From: Balanoglossus misakiensis
Lineage: Eukaryota; Animalia; Hemichordata
Assembly (NCBI GenBank): GCA_040954595.2
Contig: CM082579.2
Location: forward strand, 5,204,879-5,268,878
DNA: 64,000 bases
Reading direction: 5' to 3'
In this document: piece by piece, positions 49,756 to 64,000 of the stretch
Layout: the number at the start of each line of letters is the position of its first letter
How positions within the stretch are numbered: position 1 is the stretch's first letter
Translations under genes and position numbers: made by a program
Notes under the pieces: model-generated
Told to the model about the DNA's origin: nothing
The model's input: only the letters and a program-made list of their open reading frames with translations
Databases searched by the model: none

Positions 49756-52700
49756 CTACAAAAGCGTGGAAACTTTAGAATTCTTATGTGTACCTATTAC
49801 CTCGCTTGGGTACACAGTGAGTGATTTCCTCGGCAGAGTGTCGGTAGCCGGGTGGCTGACAGTCGCCACCTTCTTGGGTTGGTCCACTTCCTCCGCGTCC
49901 AGCATCTTCACGTCGTTGATGACGTCTTCAAGTTGAAGCGTCTGCTCCGAAGACATTCTGGTCACACGCGTCGATTTTGTGGTAAAACTGCGGGCGTAGC
50001 GGGAACCATTCTGACAAAGGGTGGAAAAGTTAGCAAAGATTAAGTCTGGAAATCTCAGAAGTCGAAAGAAGAAACAAAATGCGAGAATAACATTTTCTCT
50101 TTCTCAATTAGTAATTATTCGATTTTCATACACACAACTCAAGTGGTGCACCGTGTACGGGGACAGCTGACAAGCCAAGGAAGCGATACGAAGACCATGG
50201 CATCGCGACAGCCACAAGTGATGGATTTCTTGTAACTAGGTGTGCGCTATGAGATGAACCAAGGGGGCAAAAATTAACCTACTCCGTCGGACCTTCTACA
50301 TTGTGCAATACCCACGGCACGTCTTCAACCGGAACACCTGCGGTTTCCTCGCAAGAGAATCGGGGTCAACGGAACTTCCGTATCCCCAAACGATGATTCA
50401 ATTAATTGAATGTCTAGCCAAGTGAAACTAAATGATCGTTTGGGGGTTTAAAACGAAACAAAAGGTCTAATTTTTTACCTTGCTCACCGTTGCTAGAGTG
50501 GAATGAACGAATTGTCCTCTTTCAGCTTCGAACTTCTCCTTTTTCCGCCGCAACGCTGCCCGAACCTAGTTGCAAACGTTAGAGAAAGTTAACGACGCCT
50601 AACAACAAATGTCTTCCTCTTTATATAAATATTCCCCACATCGTTTTTTATTCATCTTTCACTTGGGACTCTCTCTCAAAAAATTATATTCATTACTTGT
50701 TTCTCGGAAAGAGTTGACGTACCTCTGAATTATACACAACGTGGAACAGGAATATAAACAGCCCCTGAAAAATGAGATAACAAATTGATTAGAGTGAGAA
50801 ATTAACCATTTATATTAAAATTAATTTATTCATTTAGCTGTGGGCAGCGAAATCCGCTTTAACTGGTATATCGCGGACAATATCATTTTGTTGACATGGA
50901 ATATATCTTAAATCTGAGATTTTTTTGACATTTGGACTGCTGGCTACATTAAAATTGGACAAGCGGAAATATCATTGCCACTCATCACAAAGGCGCCAAT
51001 TTCCTTAGATTGTGTGCTAAAAACGTTTAACAGCTGGCCGCCTCAATTAGCGCTCCAGTACGCTACTTGTACGTTACGTCACAGCGGTTTAGTTACCAGG
51101 GCAACTTCCCCGCTACCGCCCCTTTAATTGAAAAGCCATTAAATCGGAAGAGAACGTGGGAGTATACGGCAAACCTGGAGGGAGTTGAGAACAGCGAAGA
51201 TGTACAGGAACACGATGGTTTCATCGCCGGTGGCAAACAAGCCGAAACACCAGGTGATGCCCAGCAGAGGGAGCAGTAATAGGGAACTCTTGACACCGGC
51301 CCTATTAATGGGAAATAAAGAGATATAGATTGGACGGGGTTGTCATGTCGACAGTTTCACATGTCAGTTCGCTTGTTACACAGTACCCAGACCGACGAAC
51401 CTGCGAGTGAACACACACTCTGTACTTCATTCAATAGCACAATTTGGCAAAGCGTATACATGTTGATCAGAATCTCAAAATCTTTCCGACTTTTGTCAGA
51501 TATTCAAGTTTTGCTCTCATCATTAGAACGAGCTGACTGTTTCCATTGTAATTTCTGCCGTACGTATATACAAGAACGACAAGAAATTACATCTGCATTT
51601 TTACTTACTTGACATGATCGTTTTGTTTATGGCCGCTATTCTGCGAGGCGGACACCACAACTCTGACAACCAATATGAGCACCAACAAATTTGCCTGTCG
51701 GACAAAAGGGGTATTACATCATTGTATCGATTGGTCCTATATTCTTGATTTACTCCATACAATGGTATTGCCTGCCATCCGTTCATCCGTCTGTCTGTCT
51801 CTGCTATAGCTGTCTATCTTTCTGCCCGTTAAGGTTGTTAACATAACCTTTTCCAAACACACAGCGCATTCAGTTACAACAAGCAACATGATTACCCGCA
51901 AATTGCCCTCGCTCACAGCAAGCTTGCATGCATGCACGACGCAAATATGCTTCCTTTGTCTTGAATGAACCAGGTGACATTTTCAGATTTGATTCTTACT
52001 GCGTCAAGACATGTAGCAGATGTTACTACTTTGCATATACTTCTTGGGGTTATTCAGACGTAATTATCCTGTCATTGATAAACGTGTCTGGTTCGTTTGA
52101 TAAGTGAGTAACTGGTCGACATGGCGTCCATACTTCCCGAGGTCACGGAAACAACATCATTAAATTTTAAATAGCACTTTTATGTACCAGAACTCTGTGC
52201 CATATTACCCTTTTTGAAGGAAAATCAATGTTGTTTGAATTGAAACATTTGGGTTGTTCCTTCGCATAATAATTTTTTGGGGGAAGGGTGCAAAAACTCA
52301 CCGCCATTATCAGGATTGCTGGCCCGACAAATGCCCAAATGACGCCATCTTCCACAGACAACCAGCAGCTGTGGGATCAGAGAGATAAACATGTCATTTC
52401 ATTTTCTGCATCAGGCAATCTTATCTGTGACGAAACTTTATTGCAAGACGTGTACAGGGAAAAATTGACGACTCTCTCAATAGATATAACTACAGCTTCT
52501 CGTTTGAATGTGCTGGGCGTTTAAAGGGTGAGTGTCGTCCCTTCTGCGCCTGCGGGTATGGGTCTCATATACGACAAAGTTGCCACAGGTTAACATAGGC
52601 ACAAAGTGTAATTGTTACAATGTACATCACTGATAACAATATGGATGCTACTTTGTATTACACTCTACATCATGATAATTGGCAAACAATATGTCGACGT

Positions 52701-55700
52701 GGAGCAATGTCAGGAATTATGGCTACTGTTCAACAACATGTAATCATCCATACTCACTGGTTGTTTGATCCATAGTCATCGATTCTCATGCCGGCTGTTA
52801 TGGCAACGATCAAAAAAGGGAGACCTACGAAGCCAATCAAACGATTTCATTTTGAAGTTTCTTTTTCTTTTTTGAAGCACTAGAAGGGTAGGGGGTTATA
52901 ATGGGATAAAGCCGTTTTCAACAAAGAGGGGGATGGGCCTATACATACGCATGTGATTATACGTGGTCGAGTACGGTATGTGTACTTTGGAGAAGTCATC
53001 ACAGAATGGCACCTCGAGTTGACTACTTTGATAGTTTCTCTGGACTGTATGTGCCAGTACTGAAGTCATAGAGAAACGTTACACATTTGCGAGGAACATC
53101 GGTAATGAGACCAACGTAGGTCGCACAGCGTAATATTTACCCCACGCCATGGCGTAGTAGTAATTCATCCAGCTCCGCTCACTGCCGTACACGGCTACTA
53201 TTTGACGGTACAGATGAATCCCCTCGGCCAACATCCACATAAACATGGCCGTGCAGGCATAGTGAAGAATAACGGCAAACACTTTACACGAAATCTGTTG
53301 ACGAATAAAAAGTTTTTATTCTACCAGTTTTTATTCTACCAAGTCGACATTTATATGGTGGGAGTATTGTGTTATATCTGCATAATTCAAGAGATTTTCA
53401 AGTCGCCCTGCCCAACCCATGGTTTTCCACGAGCGAGGGCGTAGTATGCATCTCATGCACAGGCATCAATCTGCTATTCAACTTCCGTTAAAAAATAGTT
53501 GTTTGTATAGCAAAGCGTGTTTAAAGTAAATTTTGCTAACCACAAATATACCGAGATGAACAAAGCACATCTTTAAATTTACCGTGACCCCTTTATCAAT
53601 GTTTGATTGTGTTTGCTTGAGTATCTATTCGTTATAAACCTTTTACATGTCAAGAGACCTTTAATAACACGGGTGACAGGGTAAGCAGCCCCCTTTAAGA
53701 GATAATTTGAACATCTGGCACCCCGGGGTCGACTATGCCCGATGATTGACAGACTGAACACTAACCCGATGCTGCGCAGCAGACTCCGTTGCCATGGATA
53801 TCGTCTGAGAAATCATGATAGCCACGATGAGGTTCTTGTGGATACTGATCCGCTCTGCGGGTAGTAAAGACCTGTTAACAAAGAAGATGGTGCAAATGGG
53901 GTAAATTGTTACGTGCTAGGCGTCAAACCATTGGAAAGTACGATCTATATTTGGGGGGGGGGGGGTTCGTCAGATCACCAAATAATCAATAAAGGGGCAA
54001 AATAGGTTACGCTAATTGAAGGCGTTCCGGCACGGGTTGCTTGCCATACGCCACCAACGTTTAATAAGAACTATCTTTCTGTGTGTTTCCTGGACACTGG
54101 GGTATAACTAGGATCCTCCTCAAAATAATTGAATTTTGCTTATTTTCACCATCTTAGTGATTTACAAATTCTCCAAGACAACGGTTGCTTGGCAACTCGA
54201 ATCCTTCGTCGGATACAAAAACGGGCATATTTTGGTGACTACTTCTATTCCAGTCACATTATCGAAAGCGTAAATTTAAGAGAAATACAACTTACTTCAG
54301 GTAGGAGTAGAGCGTCAATGTCCCAATCATGGCAACTATTGATACACTGCAACCCGTGTACGTTATGTACCGTAATATCTGACTGTGGGTGTCGGACAGC
54401 TGCAAGAGAAAGTGATATCGTACTGTTATTAAAAACGTCATTACTATCGGAGTCCATTTAGTAGTTTTATGACTGACACACCGGATAATACGTTTTTTGA
54501 ATGTATTTTTCTGATGTTTCTCTACAAAATGAAAAAAAAAACTATGACTCTGATGAGCACTGTCTTATAGTCTTATTGAAGGACCGTGACGGAAAACTCG
54601 ACAGAATGTGCAGAATCAATCGTGTGGCATATGACTGGGGTTTCCACAGAACGAGGTAATCGCTGATAAATTCTGGAAATCGAAAAGTGGTATTACCTCG
54701 AAGGGGATGACTGTCATGAGGACCGCGAAGTTTGTGGTGTGGTTGCAGTGGCATTGAATGTTGATATTGCTGGAACGTCTAACTTCACATCCCTTCGACG
54801 ACCATCGCGTCCCGGAGTAATCAGGAAGCGACCTGGAATGGGGGGGGGGGGAGCGAAAGCCAATTATTGCAAGGTATATACAATGTACTGTATGCAAACT
54901 TCTTACTTATTTACAATCACGTCGAATAGGTTTTTGTCTGAAATGGGACTTTCGTAGTTTCAAAAAGCACTTACGAGTCAGCAAATTCCAAGAACGTACA
55001 GGCAGAGACCACTTCATTGTTGTTGTTGTTGCTTACTACTTGACTGTCCTACAGAAACAGAATATTCGATAAAACAATCATAAACACAAGTAATAGCCAC
55101 GAGGAAGGTTGATGTCCGCTGACCATGCTGCCTATAAAAGGATGGCGCCCCCAACGATTTTTTGCAACTTTGTCGTTTCCTGGAACATTCTGCATGAAGG
55201 TTTCATTATGATTTACATAGAACAAAACGTAGAAATAAATCATCAAAAGTCATGGCAACTTCACCATACATTTCAGTCCTGAGCAAACATCATCTGGCTC
55301 AAAAAAAAAAAAAAAAAAAAAAACTTTTCATACCTGAACACGAAGCGGCAACTCGTACGTAACTGGTACACTGACTTCGTGGCCCTGTATCCGCCATGAC
55401 GTAGATATCACATTTTCCCCCAAAATGACGTTAGCGGAATCAGTGTACACGTCACCGCCACTGACGTCATATTTCAAGAGTTCCGTAAGGTTGCTGTACA
55501 ACAGACTGATCATTGAAATCTGGGTATCCTCTGTGAAGTAACAAAATAGGCAAAAAGTACTTTACAAACGGCGCTTTTGAGATAAAAGTGTCATCCGTGT
55601 TTTATATTGGTCAAGAACTGTGCACTGTTGATATGAAGAGAGCGCCTCCTATGGCAGCATACAGCAATTTCGTTAGCTGTAACATGTGCGTACTTTCGGT

Positions 55701-58700
55701 TCAGAATAGACTCACACGGTGTACACACAATCACCCAGAGATCCCCATCGACTGTCCTTCAAACTGCGAAAAGAGACAAGGGACGCCACACAAACTGTTT
55801 CTTTCTCACACAGCTGAATCATATCGAATTAACCGGAAAGGACCTGCTATAGCTCTCACGGGAAAAATAATGCGTGTCACACCTATCGAGAATTGAATGA
55901 GTGGCATTCGAATTTCTTTAGAATTCCCCAAATGGACTCCAAACAATTTAAAGGGTACGATGATTCACACGAGATTCCCTCTGGAGTAAAGGCCTTGGGC
56001 AGACCCGCCATGCAAACGCAGCAGCATACAAAGTATTACAAGTTTTACAATTGATCACGTGATCATTATTCATGCCCCCTCCCCTTCCTAATAACTGGAT
56101 AAATTTCACGTGAAGAGGGACAAAGTACGCGTGAATTGCTTCCCGCGAAAATGTACCGAGTGACGCTGAAAATGAAATTAGCTGGTTGTAGTAGCAGTTA
56201 GATTGTACCAACACGTCGACGGATTGCTGTGCCCTCAGCAAAAAACCGTAATGGAACAAATGTATAGCCGGAGAAAAATGTGCCAAGCTTCCCAATATAT
56301 TTGTATTGCCACCTTTAAATTATACCTCTTTCATCGCTAGCATTAGAAGCGTACTGTCCGTGCCGTCACAGGGGCACCTACGTTCGCATATATCATATCT
56401 CACAGGAAATAAACCCAACCAATATCCGGATTTCGCTGCACGTGAAGCCTTAAGGTTTAAATATATTGTGCATCTGTACTTCATTAGAAAGTACATTGTT
56501 GGTGTCAAACGAGGTAATAAGAGTTAATACTGTGTGTCTTGTTAACCTAGTTTGATGTATAGAGTATTAAGGCATTTCTAAAACTCCTTGTCTGACAATC
56601 TATGTCTTTGGAAATTCACAACAGCTGGGTATTAAGACTGACGAGACTGGGGTCAGACGTATTCCAGCTTGTCGGGTAAAATATACTAGAATCTTGCGTA
56701 CTGTGGTCTCCCGTGGCGATTAGCTATTCCAAGTGTACACTGCCATCACTTAACTTTAACAGTGCCTGAATGCTGCAGTTGTCAGCGTGCGACATTCCCC
56801 CCTGAGATTGCTTGTCTTTATTTAGAAGCACAACTTACCGGCATAATATTTGGAAATTTCTTGCAAGCTTTCAGCAGACGCGCTTATCCATCCACCACCT
56901 TGTTCGCCCACATCACGTACGCTGTCTCTCGCTGGGAATCTCATGCCATTCTCACTGGCCTCCTTCAGAGTCATTGATTGGACGGACATGCCTTTATATA
57001 ACAAACAAATCAGCCAATCAATTACTTAGCCAATCGATGTATATACTGATGCATTCAGAGAAGCAGTTCACTCAGCGTTGATTAATCGCTCTATCAAGCC
57101 AACAAGTCCATCTCACCGTCCGTATATCAATCAACTCATCCAAGCCATCTTCACCATACTGGGTGACGTGTGTCATTCAAATTTACATAAACATTTCGAT
57201 TATTACGAAGCGGGTATTACTTAAATGCATGGCAAAATAAACCTAGAATTCAACTAGTTGTTATTAATCACTCTCTTGCTTGCCAAAGCCCGAACCTGTC
57301 GAGTGGCGAAGCTGGCCGCCACAGCGAGCAACCGCCGCCGGCGAGGTCTTGCTGGTACCGTGTCCAAAGTGACAAGTGAACGAAAATGATTATAGTTCAA
57401 ACAGAGTGACCCCCGTAGCAATTCTACATGTGTTCTATACGAATGTTTCGAAGTTCGCACAGAAAAGTCTGTCCGTCTGTTTGTTTGTTTGTCTGCCTGC
57501 CTGTCTGTTACTCTTAGGTACTTAAAATTGCTTACGTATGTTATCTGTCTGCGCATCAACACTTGTATTAGCCGCCATGGCATCGGCAACATTATTGGCA
57601 AATTCACCGATGGTTTCTAATACAACACTTGATCCCATAACCTGAACAAAATAGAAAAAAAGGGTTTCAGCATACAATCTTTATCAGCCATTTGTAAAAC
57701 ATTTTCTTCCTTGATATTCCTATGTGAATGAAGAAAAAATATAAGTCGTCGGGTTAAAGTGTTCCCGGCTCTGACATGAATATTAGAAGTCACTTGCCCA
57801 TGTAATAGGTAGTATCGTCGCTCCTGGCAGTTTAAATTGATTTGATATGATTAATGTACAGAGCCGACGCTGCTTTTCAACTTGTCCACATTAATTTATA
57901 ATTAAGAGTCACTTGGTACAAGTAAATATCATTATCAAAGGAGGTCGGCGGTCGTTCGGCTATACTTAGAAAAATCATTTGTCTGGATGTGTGATATCAA
58001 CCGATTGAAATGCAACACGGCGGCATTTGATGGTTTGGATGAGTCTCCAGACGACAGAACAATGAATATAAACAACGTCGATTACTGTGACTGCGAAACT
58101 GCGGCTGGGCGAACCTCATTTGTAGCTTGGGGACGTATTTTCTTTGTGGGTGTTGCCACGTAGCAGTATAATTCAGTTCTATCCTTAAATCGCCTTCGTT
58201 AATGACCTTATCAATGAGGATTAGTCAAAGCACCATCATGAGTGCGTTTCATGTGTAAACGAGTGTGCGACATTGTGACCTTGACAAGGTCTTTCCCTGT
58301 CACGCGCTCTTCTGTTCAAAGTTCAAAGGTCAGGAATAACTTAGATTAATCTAATATACTATTTTCGACGCAGCAAAAGTCCGAAATTTTGGCAACGGTA
58401 ATTTCCAGTAATAACATACTAGTAGCTCAATTGCCGGAGCATGCATGCATGCATGAAAACAAACAAACGAACGAACGAATAAACAAATGATTGCGTTTAC
58501 CTCTTTACCCCTTTGCCATTCCTTAACGTTGTCCACGTTCAATAAGCGACCAGATGTCTGAATGAAATTCTGGAAAGAAACATATTAAAATGTAGATCAG
58601 TCATTCTGAAGACAAACTAGATTTGATTTCCCCATCAAGTCCACAGCATTTGCTTCTTTCGTTACTGCAATTCCAAATCTTAGAAATCCGCTACCTTGAA

Positions 58701-61700
58701 ATTGTAATTGACTACACGAAATTTTGAGCATCTTATATAGATATATCCTATATCTATTGGAGGGATTGAAAACTGTAACAAAGGTTACGGGCACTGTGAT
58801 TGAAAGATATCGCTTTCTATCAGTTACGCTTGCACCATCTACAATTAGGTCAGTTGCAATGCGATTGTGGTGTTATTATACCAAGAACATTGAGCGTGCA
58901 AATCGTGACATCGAGCCTGCTCTGGTAATGTTGTCGCTTGCTTCATCAGAAGCATCACAAGCACTATCGAATGAAACATCATTTTCTGTTGGCTTTCCGC
59001 CCATCATTACCTTTGTTAGCGGTTCCAATACGTTGCTCGCATTTGTCAAGTTGGTTTTCGAGATGGTCCTGAGTACCTTGTGCACTAAGACTAAATCGCC
59101 AATCGCCATGTACAGGCAATCTTCGGACGTGTAGGTGGTCATTATCGTCAGCGCCTTCCACGCAGTCTCCCATGACAACGCGACATCTTCCGGTCGCACA
59201 AGTGCCATGGAGAGAAACGTCTCCTAATGAAGCGAAAGAATATATTTGAAAGTTCTCTTGTATCGGAGAAATTGTATAAGGAGTCTTACAGACTTTACAG
59301 AATCAAGGAGAAATTTGTCTGTACGAATTCAGTACTTTGAAAATGCGACAGTTCTGTAGTTTTATAATATGTCGATAGAAGTACTCATCATCAGATAATT
59401 CACGTCAGCTCCTGCAAAAAAAGATGCACTAAGCCCGAATCGTAAATGTTTACCCTCGGGAAGTGGGAAGCATGAATAGTATAGGTCCCAATGTTGACGA
59501 GAGATATAAACCGTGCATCTTCGTCTCGCGGGGAAATATATCTGGAAAATTATCAACTAATGCGCCACTGACAATTGCCATTACTTGCTCCTTTTGAATC
59601 TTAGTCGTGTTCATACCATTGCCTGTTTTACTGCCCGATTTTAAAGAGGTTGAGGGTCCTTAAATTGATGTAGTTATCGTCTCCTATTTTGCGGAGGAAA
59701 CGGCGCTTGAGTCTAATTTTCCCCTGGCCTTCTGGGGATTTTATTCATTAAGGCTTTTCGCGCGTGTTTTAAATCAGCGTTAAGCTCCACAAATATATCG
59801 GGTGGACACGACGCGGACATCGAATTGCAAGAATTTCAATAGCGCAAATTTATGCGATTCTTTGCAAAAACAATTATTTCCAATTAGCCATCTTACCTTG
59901 TCGTTGGAAACTGTCTTCCAATGGTCGAATCGATCACCTTCGTCGCACTGAGATTCCGGCACTAAAAGTAATAGGAAGGAATATCAATGAAGCTTTAAAT
60001 GGTCAGTTTATGGTATTGCACGTCCTTTGCTGTTTCTAGACTATAGTCACAGACGACGAAAAGAGACAAAAATAGCAGCAAATCAACCATTTTAAATGAT
60101 CAAAACGAAGCCATGTTTATGATTTCTGTCTGTCTGCTTCCGTACCATCCTCTCTCCCTCTCGTCACCCCTCCCTAACCACCTGCTCGTCCTATCAACCC
60201 CGTCCGTTCGCCACACCCCGGACCAGCGATTGCCCGAACCATGCAGTGTTCATGGCATGCCTGGAAAAGCCACAGTCTATCCCCCATTCCCATGAACAAA
60301 AAATAACTTGGACTCACGCTCCCGGTATTCTTTTATCCAGTACCAGATGATTCCAGGAACGGGCATCTCCACTTTCATCCACGGCGTCGGATCAATAGGA
60401 TCGGGATACCCCGGCTTGGGATAGCACATCACACAGGCGAGCGAACCCCAGTAGTTGCCACTGGCTATGTCGCCGTTGGTGGTGAAGAATTGCTCCGATC
60501 CGTCATCATAAATCCAGGGCACTACGTCCTGCACAGAGTCGACGCTGGGCGTCCATTCGTCGAACTTCTGCACCAGGGACGACGGTTGGTCCGGCGCGGT
60601 CGACACAAAGGTGTAGTTGATTGGTATTTCCCATATGCCGCCGTAACGACCGGATTCATACGTTTCGATGCGGTACTGAAAGTCAATATTAACATTTCGT
60701 TTACATTTATACTTTAGGACTGGTCTTGGACCCTTTAAAACGTTCATAATTGTGTATAACCAATGACACAATCAGTTCCCTATACGACATGCAATTGAAA
60801 CATCACGCCTGTCGTCGGCGAATAATTTACGCCTTTGGGACGCCCCGTCTTGAATGCACTGCTTGATGGCTGCATTATATTGTGCGTGAAAGCAATCTGT
60901 CCTTTATTGCCGCGTGCCAATTCCTCTGTTGTAAATTATCGCGAAATGAAGAGCGATTCGTGGGTTTGCTTTCATTAAGCTTATAACGGCAAAACTTTGC
61001 ACGTTCTTGTTATGATTAGAATGTGATCCTTTTGTCATTGAGATACTTATAAAAAACTACTCAGTCCTTTTGTGTATTTGGTACTCGATCGTGCACATTC
61101 AATTTGTTTGTTGCTGTCACTAGTAGCTAAACGGCGCTGAATTCTGTGCACGTTCGGGCAACTATATCTATACGAATCTCAGCAAACGTAATTCCAGAAG
61201 ATCTGGGACCGTAAAACAAGGCAGCCTACAGACCGTTTAGTGCCAATCAGGAAATGGGGACTGTCACTCGTCAACTACCTCGTCCATCTCATTTGGCGAG
61301 TCGCATTGCAGCTGTAATAGCTCTTGGGAAAGTTGTAAAACATTAGGTAATCGACAACTATACGCATCTTGCGTCACCAGCCTACGCAAGCAAGCAAGCA
61401 CAACTTTGCGCAGGTGTGACCATAGGCAGTTCTAGGGTATGACTAAACAATGCTAATTGAGGATGTACGCGCTATGAAAACGTCGAAGTTTTCTCTTACC
61501 AAAGAATTGTGGTCGCTGTAAAAGTCACTTTTATAATCATTTTAATGAAATTTAGGAGAAATCAAAGGAGAATCTAAAATCGGCAGTTCAAAGAAATAAC
61601 ATAATTTTCAATCGTATACATCCGTAACACGTCATTCTTTAATCTATGAATGATGCAACGCTGTAACAGCGAGATGTCGATGCGTTCATTTCTATGAAAT

Positions 61701-63644
61701 GCGTTTCATAACATTCGTCACAGGTATCAATGATATTTCGACGAGAATAAAACGTGTTTAAGTGTCAAAAGCGGCGGCTCCATTTCCTGTAAGCCCCGAA
61801 CGTCCCTTCTGGTACATTTTGACGTAATAGACAAGTTAAAAAGATATTACATCGATTGCTGTTAAATGAGGCTATTGCTACTGGTAACGCGGGGAGATGT
61901 GCGTCACAGTCCAATCTGGAAGATATTGCGCACAAAGGACCCAAAACTGCCATTCCGAACGTGATGAAATTTTTCGTAATAATTACGTTTTTATAGTGTG
62001 TCAAATTCCGCAGAGACGATAACATTTTATCCGATCACATGGAAGTTGTACAAAGGTATGCGCCGTGTGGGAAATGCATGCGTGTTCCAGTCATATCCCC
62101 GGGGGGTTGGCGCTTGGAGAGTTGAACATTCAACAGCGATGTTTTCGCGCTACCGTTTTTTTTCGGTAATACCGTTTACCGATATGCGTCTCGCCATCAA
62201 AAGTATCTGGTTTGAGTCACAAGATTTGTTTGTCAGTCAGTTTTCAATAAATTCAGCTACGGGAGTCTGTATAATACTTGTACTCTTTCTTCGACTTTTC
62301 TCGTGAGCCAGATGTCTCTTTTCTTTGACTTAAATCATTTTCTGATCGATATATTCGATTTTTTTTATACATATTTATAACGATAAATAACATTATCCCT
62401 ATAGGCAAGCTTCGGATTTCTGTCATGATGAAGCGGACAAATTACGTTCACAAATCAGGCGGGAGACACAGAGACTGATTTGGGTGATATGCACGTTAAG
62501 ATTTTCTGCATTGAACCACAGTGCTCCTTCCCGTTCACGACGCTTGGCCGCATCAGAATAATATATTGTAAGACGGACATAGAAATCTTCAAAAACATTT
62601 TGCATTCTTGATGACGGACGGGCTTCATGAGCTCAGCGAGCAGACAGTGGTTTGTGCTTTAAGCGCCATAAACTTCGAGACCGTTCAAAATGGCGACAGA
62701 GAGCACATTTGCGACGATTCTCCGGATTAGTGTTTCGAGGCACTGGATAGGGATAGTTTTTATTGATGACGTACTTAATTTAATGCCGTCGCTTATTTCT
62801 AATTGGCGACCGCCACGCGCGCACGAGTTGTGAGGTAATTGTCTGTTATATAATTTTCCACGAGCGAAGGCATCTATGCACCTTCTTATATAGTCGAACA
62901 GGATCGATTCCAGTGGTGATTTGGCGTAAGAGACGGCGGAATCTGATTCGGCTCTGCGTAATAGCACCGTAATTGCGTCCGTCGATAGAGATGTGAACTG
63001 ATCGTAAAACGTGATAATCGCGCTCATGGGAGCCGTCTTGTTTATTAACCTTGTCGGTGCCCAGTATGCTTTGCGACGTTTCAGGCACAGAATATGGCAA
63101 TAATTTGACACATCAAAGTGATATGATGCGAATAAAAAAAAATATCTGGGACATGGGAATTGCATCCAATAATTTTTATAGACTCATAAAATTTCGTTGC
63201 ATAAACGGGTTATGATTTTGAGAATGATCACGCACTGATAAGGCGCTCTATGAACGTGAAATATGTCTGACGCGTACAACTTGCTTAAAATGACCCATTT
63301 AACAGGTGGTATGTACGTACGTATGCTAATTGGAAAATATCATTTACTTACCATCATCTTATCGCTAATGGCGCCGTTTTTGAAGTTATCAGCTTTACTC
63401 AGAATCGAGTATTGATTACTGAGGGACGGGGACACGGAATTCCCTTCATACAGAAGGGCCAGAGAGGCGAAAGCACCGGAACTGGGCGAGGTTAGAACCA
63501 GTGTCCAGCCGCCGCCGTGTCGAGACATGTCACAGTAAACGCTCATTGCGGCCCCCTCAAAGTTGACCGTGTAGATGCCATCGGCTGGCGTTGTGCCTGT
63601 TGCCATGGAGCGGACGTAGTAGTCGTTGCAGGTGAGCGGGTAGC
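49756..63644 (-). CDS. Adhesion GPCR, ADGRD1/GPR133-like GAIN-7TM with an N-terminal fibrinogen-like domain; 5' end beyond the window
   Basis: GPS exon ~54831-54698 WSSKGC..CHCNH-T|TNFAVLMTVIPFE. 7TM exons: ITYTGCSVS, IHKNL, LHY..FMWMLAEGIHLY, CWLSVEDGVIWAFVGPA, KSSLLLLPLLGITWCFG, FAVLNSLQ|GLFIFLFH. Upstream exons 63644-63352, 60675-60318, 59961-59897 and 59223-~59011 join in phase. The last exon is uncertain because of a possible extra donor near 49800. Confidence 0.88.
53311..53340. repeat. 15-bp perfect tandem duplication
   Basis: agtttttattctacc x2, close to the acceptor of the adhesion-GPCR TM3 exon. Confidence 0.85.
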
Positions 63645-64000
63645 CTGGAAGGAGTGGGTAGAAATTCTAGAATGCCACTCGGACAACCGAAGAAGTCATG
63701 GACTTCAGTTGGTGTATTGGCGATAACACCTACATGTAACGCAGTCAGCACTCGACTCGCATGAGGCAGGTCACTTGTGTGACCCCTGAGTGACCTGACA
63801 TCCAGGTGTTTTGTTGGTATGACATCATTCATCATTCAACGTTACATACAACATTCACCCTTTTGTATTTTGTAACAGACAATATTTAAACTTTTTTTTG
63901 TTCTAGGATGAGTTAGACTGCACAGATTCAATAGTATGGTCGACTTTTCCAGAGTTTGAACTCAAAATGGTCAACTCATACCGACCGCAGCGGAAGAAGC

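Noticed and set aside
50279-50337. Possible extra adhesion-GPCR exon
   Set aside because: In the phase required by the upstream donor it hits a stop after 13 codons, whereas exon 50010-49756 continues in frame. It could only be a minor truncating isoform.
62659-63165. 168-aa minus-strand ORF in the adhesion-GPCR intron
   Set aside because: No recognisable domain or internal pattern, and the flanking exons join in phase without it. It is probably a chance ORF in CpG-rich, possibly regulatory DNA (YY1-like AAAATGGCG near 62687).

Overview
Intron-rich animal genomic DNA with GT-AG spliceosomal introns and AT-rich non-coding sequence. The gene set suggests a marine invertebrate, possibly a deuterostome (inference). 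No rRNA, tRNA, CRISPR array or autonomous transposon was seen. Left to right: (1) a minus-strand NRPS-like A-T-R-R enzyme (adenylation, carrier, thioester reductase and SDR domains; ATRR/glycine-betaine-reductase architecture) of about 23 coding exons, running off the left edge; (2) inside one 3-kb intron of that gene, an antisense 617-aa gene with an intronless CDS built from three diverged copies of an unrecognised ~190-aa module, which may be a circularly permuted GIY-YIG-like fold; (3) FRG1; (4) ATOX1, missed by the ORF track, head-to-head with (5) acid ceramidase ASAH1 across a 300-bp promoter with CLEAR/E-boxes; (6-7) two tandem GM2-activator paralogs; (8) an RXFP/LGR type-C relaxin-family receptor; (9) a convergent ADGRD-like adhesion GPCR whose ectodomain carries a fibrinogen-like YCD-GGGW domain, running off the right edge. 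The nested triple-module gene, the animal ATRR and the adhesion-GPCR architecture are the most promising leads. Exon coordinates were read by hand and may be off by a few bases.
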